64,000 bases of DNA from a bacterium (GTDB taxonomy: Bacteria > Electryoneota > JAOADG01): NCBI GenBank assembly GCA_963681965.1, contig OY820579.1, forward strand, positions 2,752,001 to 2,816,000, given 5' to 3'. Made by a program: the position numbers and the translations under genes. The notes under the pieces are model-generated. The model saw only the letters and a list, made by a program, of their open reading frames with translations, was not told the origin of the DNA and searched no databases. Position 1 is the stretch's first letter, and every line of letters starts with the position of its first letter. Shown here piece by piece: positions 59,234 through 64,000 of this stretch.

Positions 59234-59930
59234 TTTAATGTATGAAGGTAAAGCCAAAAAACTTTGGTATACCGACCACGAACAGCGTCTGGTTCAACTT
59301 TTCAAAGACGATTTAACCGCGTTCAACGGTCAGAAGACCGGCTCATTCGTTGGTAAAGGGGCAATCAATTGCGCCATCTCCGAACATATGTTTCGGTATC
59401 TTGAAAGTCATCACATTCCGACTCACTTGATTGAAAAAGTGTCTGAGAATGAAATGACTGTCCGAAAACTCGATATCATTCCGGTCGAAGTTGTTATCAG
59501 AAACGTCGCAGCCGGTTCTTTGGTCAAACGCTACAATTTGACCGAAGGTATTGAGCTATCCAGTGTCGTACTTGAATATTATTACAAGAACGATTCGCTG
59601 GGTGATCCGATGATGGCTGAATCGTTGGCGGTCGCACTGGATATGGCAACTCCGGAACAGATTCGCTCGATCAATCGCATGGCGACGAAGATCAACGCGT
59701 TAATGCGATCCTATTTCGAACGACGCAATTTATTGTTGGTCGATATGAAACTCGAATTCGGCAAAGTCGAAGAAGATGTCATTCTCGCCGACGAGATTTC
59801 GCCAGACTCGATGCGCGTTTGGGACAAAAACACCAAAGTCAAGCTCGACAAGGATCGTTTCCGGTTCGATCTCGGTGAAGTGGAAAAAGGGTATCGCGAA
59901 ATCATGCGACGATTGCTCAACGAAGGCTGA
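59220..59930 (+). CDS. purC: SAICAR synthase
   Basis: YEGKAK, FKDD.TAFNG, IPVEV..RN.AAGS, DMKLEFG, ADEISPD. Confidence 0.95.
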   Translation: MEKRNLMYEGKAKKLWYTDHEQRLVQLFKDDLTAFNGQKTGSFVGKGAINCAISEHMFRYLESHHIPTHLIEKVSENEMTVRKLDIIPVEVVIRNVAAGSLVKRYNLTEGIELSSVVLEYYYKNDSLGDPMMAESLAVALDMATPEQIRSINRMATKINALMRSYFERRNLLLVDMKLEFGKVEEDVILADEISPDSMRVWDKNTKVKLDKDRFRFDLGEVEKGYREIMRRLLNEG

Positions 59931-59973
59931 TGTTGGACCAATCGAAGTTCACTCTTTCCACAAGTGAGGTTGT

Positions 59974-60615
59974 ATGGGCGTAACGCGAGATGGTTTTATC
60001 ATCTTGATACCACTGTGTATCGCAACCATACTTGCGATTGCTTTGGCATTTGGATTGAATCGCTGGTGGTGGCTGGCGGCATCGCCTCTGATTATTCTTC
60101 TATTGTTTTCACTCTGGTTTTTCCGGGATCCGGAGCGAACAATCCCAGGCAGCGATGAAACGGTCGTTTCACCGGGTGATGGGAAAGTACTTCAAGTTGT
60201 CGATTTGGAGTCGGACGAATTTATCGGTGGTAAAGCACAAATGGTATCGATCTTTCTGTCGGTATTCAATGTGCATGTGAATCGCAATCCAGTTTCCGGC
60301 ATCGTTCGCGACGTGAAGCGGTTTCCCGGTAAGTTTCTAATCGCCTACGACCATCGTGCAACCAACGAAAACAATCGATTGCGGGTCGATATCGAGTCGC
60401 CGCGCGGTCGAGTTCGATGTGTGCAGGTTACAGGCGCGATTGCGCGAAGAATAGTGTGTCACTTGTCGATCGGCGATTCGATTGTACGAGGCAATCGATA
60501 TGGAATGATTCGATTTGGTTCAAGAATGGATTTGGTCATTCCTGCGAGCGCGAAAGTACAAGTAAAACCTGGCGACATTGTACATGGTGGAGAAACCGTA
60601 ATTGCAATCTGGTAA
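59974..60615 (+). CDS. psd: phosphatidylserine decarboxylase proenzyme
   Basis: FFRDPER, SP.DGKV, IFLSVFNVHVNR, FGSR cleavage motif. Confidence 0.93.
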   Translation: MGVTRDGFIILIPLCIATILAIALAFGLNRWWWLAASPLIILLLFSLWFFRDPERTIPGSDETVVSPGDGKVLQVVDLESDEFIGGKAQMVSIFLSVFNVHVNRNPVSGIVRDVKRFPGKFLIAYDHRATNENNRLRVDIESPRGRVRCVQVTGAIARRIVCHLSIGDSIVRGNRYGMIRFGSRMDLVIPASAKVQVKPGDIVHGGETVIAIW

Positions 60616-61354
60616 TTCTACTACCGGCAAGATACCGGTTTACCGGGCAGTTCTACCGAATTTATTCACGCTCGGTAATCTCTTCTGCGGATATTTGTCG
60701 ATCGTTAACACGATCAACGATAATTTCGCGACCGCTGCTGTGCTAATTCTGGTGGCAAGTGTATTCGATGCACTCGATGGTAAAATTGCTCGCTGGACTC
60801 GCAGCTCAAGTCCATTCGGTGCCGAACTGGATTCTATTTGCGATGTTGTCAGTTTCGGTATCGCCCCATCAATCCTGGTTTATCGCCATGAATTATTGGA
60901 TCCGCCGTTTGGAATCCCCGATTTTATTGCGATCGCCATTGCCTTTTTACCTGCATTGGGTGGGGCTCTTCGGTTGGCTCGATTCAATGTAGTTGCGCAT
61001 GCCAGCGGTGAGCATAAGAACTACTTTACCGGGATGCCAATCCCGGCTGCAGCCAATACACTGAGTGCTTACATCCTGTTCACTAGCAGAGTCTACGATC
61101 ATCCGATAATGCACAGTCTGGTTCCCTTACTATTGCTGGCACTTTGCTTGTTAATGGTATCGAAAGTACGATATAGTGCCATTCCACCTTTTTCATGGCA
61201 CCAATCTATTATCGGGCGGATAAAATTGATTTATATCATTGCCAGTTTGATCGCGTTGGTATTGTTTCAGGAAATCGTATTTTTCCCGATCATGTTCCTG
61301 TACTTGTTGAGCGGATTTGTTGAGAATTTTCTACCCGACAAAACAACTGATTAA
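60602..61354 (+). CDS. pssA: CDP-diacylglycerol--serine O-phosphatidyltransferase
   Basis: PNLFTLGN, DALDGKIAR...S.FGAELDS..D, RLARFN, FTGMPIP. Confidence 0.93.
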   Translation: MQSGNSTTGKIPVYRAVLPNLFTLGNLFCGYLSIVNTINDNFATAAVLILVASVFDALDGKIARWTRSSSPFGAELDSICDVVSFGIAPSILVYRHELLDPPFGIPDFIAIAIAFLPALGGALRLARFNVVAHASGEHKNYFTGMPIPAAANTLSAYILFTSRVYDHPIMHSLVPLLLLALCLLMVSKVRYSAIPPFSWHQSIIGRIKLIYIIASLIALVLFQEIVFFPIMFLYLLSGFVENFLPDKTTD

Positions 61355-61377
61355 TTGGATTGTCCAAGAGGCATAAT

Positions 61378-61614
61378 ATGACTTATGAAGTTCGCATCTT
61401 TCTGAAAGAAGGTTTGCTCGATCCGGCTGCAGCAACGATCGAACGAGCCTTGAAACGATTGGAATTCGCCGAGGTTACAGGTTTTCGAACGGGCAAAGTA
61501 TTCATCATTGAGGTTCCCGATCAAACACCAGTCGACCGGGTTGCCGAGATGTGCCACAAGTTACTAGCCAATCCAGTCATGGAAAGATTCGAAATCAACG
61601 AGGTGAAAGCGTGA
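61378..61614 (+). CDS. purS: FGAM synthase subunit PurS
   Basis: LK.G.LDP, R.GK, C.KLLANPVME. Confidence 0.92.
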   Translation: MTYEVRIFLKEGLLDPAAATIERALKRLEFAEVTGFRTGKVFIIEVPDQTPVDRVAEMCHKLLANPVMERFEINEVKA

Positions 61615-62297
61615 AGCGAGTTGGTGTAGTCATCTTTCCCGGTACTAATTGCGATCAGGAAGCAATTCGCGTCTTCGACCAATCCGAGCAGTTTTCGGTA
61701 ACCGACCTTTGGTACGATGATCCACTGCCGGGTAATCTTGATCTAGTGATCCTACCGGGTGGATGGTCGTACGGCGATACCCTCCGCGCCGGTGCGATTG
61801 CACGATTCTCCAAAATTATGCCGGGAGTAATCGATCATGCCAATCGGGGCGGATTGGTTATGGGTATATGCAATGGTTTCCAAATATTGACTGAATCAGG
61901 TCTGTTACCGGGTGCATTAGCTCGAAACTCGTCGTTACGGTTTCGCTGTGAAGTCGTTCACTGTCGAATTGAATCGGCGAAAACGCCATTCTTCAATGGA
62001 TTAGTTGCCGGATCGGTGGTTCCGTTACCGATCGCGCACGGTGAAGGACGCTTCGTCGCTGATACTGTAACGCTCAAGCAGTTGGAAGATGACGGACTGA
62101 TCGCTCTTCGATATTGCACCACTACGGGTGAAACTAGCAACTCAGCCAATCCAAATGGATCGATCAATAATATTGCCGGCATTGTCAGTCGCAATGGTAA
62201 TGTCTTTGGATTGATGCCGCATCCTGAACGGCTGGCAAACGAATTAGTGAATGGACTCGCCGGTTATCCATTAATGACCGCATGGGCGAGTGCATGA
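61611..62297 (+). CDS. purQ: FGAM synthase glutaminase subunit PurQ
   Basis: FPGTNCD, PGG.SYGD, GICNGFQIL, AHGEG, NPNGS, MPHPER. Confidence 0.95.
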   Translation: MKRVGVVIFPGTNCDQEAIRVFDQSEQFSVTDLWYDDPLPGNLDLVILPGGWSYGDTLRAGAIARFSKIMPGVIDHANRGGLVMGICNGFQILTESGLLPGALARNSSLRFRCEVVHCRIESAKTPFFNGLVAGSVVPLPIAHGEGRFVADTVTLKQLEDDGLIALRYCTTTGETSNSANPNGSINNIAGIVSRNGNVFGLMPHPERLANELVNGLAGYPLMTAWASA

Positions 62298-62539
62298 TTG
62301 GAGGGATGGAAATTGCCCTCGTTGCAGTATTGGCGCTGTTTCTACTCCGCACTGATGAAATTGTGAAAGTAGTTCGTGTCTGGAAAAATGTTCGCGGAGT
62401 CATTCGCGACACAAAAGCTGAAGTAACCGATGCATTGGTCAAACCGATCAAAGAAGCAATTTCCGAACAACGGAAATCGATCGATCGGGAATTAATCGAT
62501 CCCATCAAAGAATCCTTTCAAGATCCAAAACAGGGATGA
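62294..62539 (+). CDS. small single-TM protein, divergent TatA/TatB-like
   Basis: IGGMEIALVAVLALFLL then amphipathic helix; lacks the FG hinge. Confidence 0.5.
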   Translation: MIGGMEIALVAVLALFLLRTDEIVKVVRVWKNVRGVIRDTKAEVTDALVKPIKEAISEQRKSIDRELIDPIKESFQDPKQG

Positions 62540-62546
62540 TGAAATC

Positions 62547-63968
62547 GTGAAACAAACGATTGCTACCATTGCCGATCAAGTTAATTTTGGTATTCTCGAT
62601 GCACGCGATCGGGTCGAAACCAGTTGTGCGACGATCGAGGAATACGAATATTTAAATGCAACGCGGTTCCTGCTTCGCGATCGCGCTATGCGACAAGCCG
62701 AAAAAATCCAAAAAGCCATTTCAGCCGGAAAACAATTTCCGCTTGCAGGCATTACACTTGCCGTCAAAGACAATATTGCTACCGAAGGGGATGAAACTAC
62801 CGCCGGATCGCGGATATTGGAAGGTTATCGCTCACCGTTTACTGCAACTGCTGTTCAACGCTTGGAAGAAGCCGGCGCTATCGTCGTTGCCAAAACCAAT
62901 CTCGATGAATTTGCGATGGGTTCTTCCGGTGAAAACTCAGCGTATGGCGCTACGCTTCATCCATTCGACACCGAGCGTGTTCCCGGGGGTTCCTCCAGTG
63001 GATCGGCAGCTCTGGTTGCGGTAAATGCCGTCGATGGTGCACTCGGCAGTGAAACCGGTGGATCGGTTCGTCAACCTGCATCTTTCTGCGGTATTGTCGG
63101 TGTAAAGCCGACCTATGGTCGCGTATCGCGCTATGGATTGATCGCGTTTGCATCGTCATTGGATCAAATCAGTCCGTTTGCCCGAACGGTAGCAGATGCC
63201 GAAGCAATTTTATATACCATGTCGGGCGGGGATGTTCGAGACGCGACCAGCGCTCGGGAGCCCGTTCCTGCGATAGGCGAAGAACAAGGTGGTGGTGTCC
63301 AACGGTTGAAAATCGCCGCATTGAAATTGTCACACGATCTTCAACCCGCACCGGCAGTGATGGACGGTTATCAACGTGCAATGCATTTGCTGGCAGATGA
63401 AGGCGCAGAAGTCGAAGAAGTCGAACTACCTTCATTCGAGTTATCGGTTGCGATATATTACATCATAGCCACCGCCGAGGCTTCTTCCAATTTGGCACGA
63501 TACGATGGTGGAAGATACGGTTCGCGTGTAACTGCCGAAGGTCTTCGCGAAATGTATCGAAGTTCCAGGGGACAAGGATTTGGTAAAGAAGTCAAACGGC
63601 GAATACTGCTCGGTACATTTGTACTTTCTTCAGGTTTTATCGATGCTTATTACCGTAAAGCGATGCTCGTCCGGCGAAAGATGGCAAATGAATATTCGGA
63701 ATTGATGAATCGGTTCGATTGTTTGCTTCTTCCTACTTCGCCGACTACCGCCTTTCGGATCGGTGAACGTATTTCCGATCCAGTTTCGATGTATTTGAGT
63801 GATATCTTCACCATCCCTGCAAACATGGTCGGTTGTCCGGCGATTTCAGTACCCTTCGGTCTCGATGGAAATCATTTGCCGATCGGCTTGCAGGTTATGG
63901 GAAAATCTTTTCAGGAACCACGAATGTTTCGAGTTGCTGAAACACTGGAGCGATTGGCACAATCATGA
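62547..63968 (+). CDS. gatA: Asp/Glu-tRNA amidotransferase subunit A
   Basis: AVKDN, KTNLDEFAMGSS, PGGSSSGS, GSETGGSVRQPA, EASSNLARYDG. Confidence 0.95.
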   Translation: MKQTIATIADQVNFGILDARDRVETSCATIEEYEYLNATRFLLRDRAMRQAEKIQKAISAGKQFPLAGITLAVKDNIATEGDETTAGSRILEGYRSPFTATAVQRLEEAGAIVVAKTNLDEFAMGSSGENSAYGATLHPFDTERVPGGSSSGSAALVAVNAVDGALGSETGGSVRQPASFCGIVGVKPTYGRVSRYGLIAFASSLDQISPFARTVADAEAILYTMSGGDVRDATSAREPVPAIGEEQGGGVQRLKIAALKLSHDLQPAPAVMDGYQRAMHLLADEGAEVEEVELPSFELSVAIYYIIATAEASSNLARYDGGRYGSRVTAEGLREMYRSSRGQGFGKEVKRRILLGTFVLSSGFIDAYYRKAMLVRRKMANEYSELMNRFDCLLLPTSPTTAFRIGERISDPVSMYLSDIFTIPANMVGCPAISVPFGLDGNHLPIGLQVMGKSFQEPRMFRVAETLERLAQS

Positions 63969-64000
63969 ACTGGGAACCGGTAATTGGGTTGGAAGTTCAC
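63965..64000 (+). CDS. gatB: amidotransferase subunit B, 5' end only (runs off window)
   Basis: ATG AAC TGG GAA CCG GTA ATT GGG TTG GAA GTT CAC = MNWEPVIGLEVH; overlaps gatA stop. Confidence 0.9.
   Translation, partial: MNWEPVIGLEVH

Noticed and set aside
609-63435. Numerous short ORFs overlapping or antisense to the called genes
   Set aside because: No motifs; explained as alternate frames of well-supported genes
1-64000. CRISPR array, cas genes, prophage or rRNA
   Set aside because: No regularly spaced repeat-spacer series, phage genes or rRNA-like sequence seen

Overview
Bacterial chromosomal window of roughly 45% GC (estimated by eye) from a diderm, probably FCB-superphylum-like organism; the taxonomy is inferred from two secreted proteins with NYPNPFN-type C-terminal domains. 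In order it holds: a six-gene Ehr (hydrogenase-related, no NiFe ligands) membrane complex led by an HTH-PTS EIIA regulator; tolB-pal-cpoB; tRNA-Lys; a repeat lipoprotein; a 1834-aa hybrid kinase; a methyltransferase split by an IS3 element that itself carries a second IS3; a eukaryotic-type citrate synthase; a partial mannose-family PTS with HPr/EI; a canonical kbl divergent from an AcsA-like ligase + carrier protein + second Kbl-like synthase; REP/REPIN clusters; a DUF2971-like gene broken by a second copy of the same IS3; orphan motAB; an Fe-S maturation cluster; and a long housekeeping run (truA, tal, htrA, purB/C/S/Q, psd, pssA, gatA, start of gatB). The best candidates for undescribed biology are the ligase-ACP-oxoamine synthase trio and the PTS-linked regulation of the Ehr complex. 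All calls come from motif recognition by eye; no searches were run.
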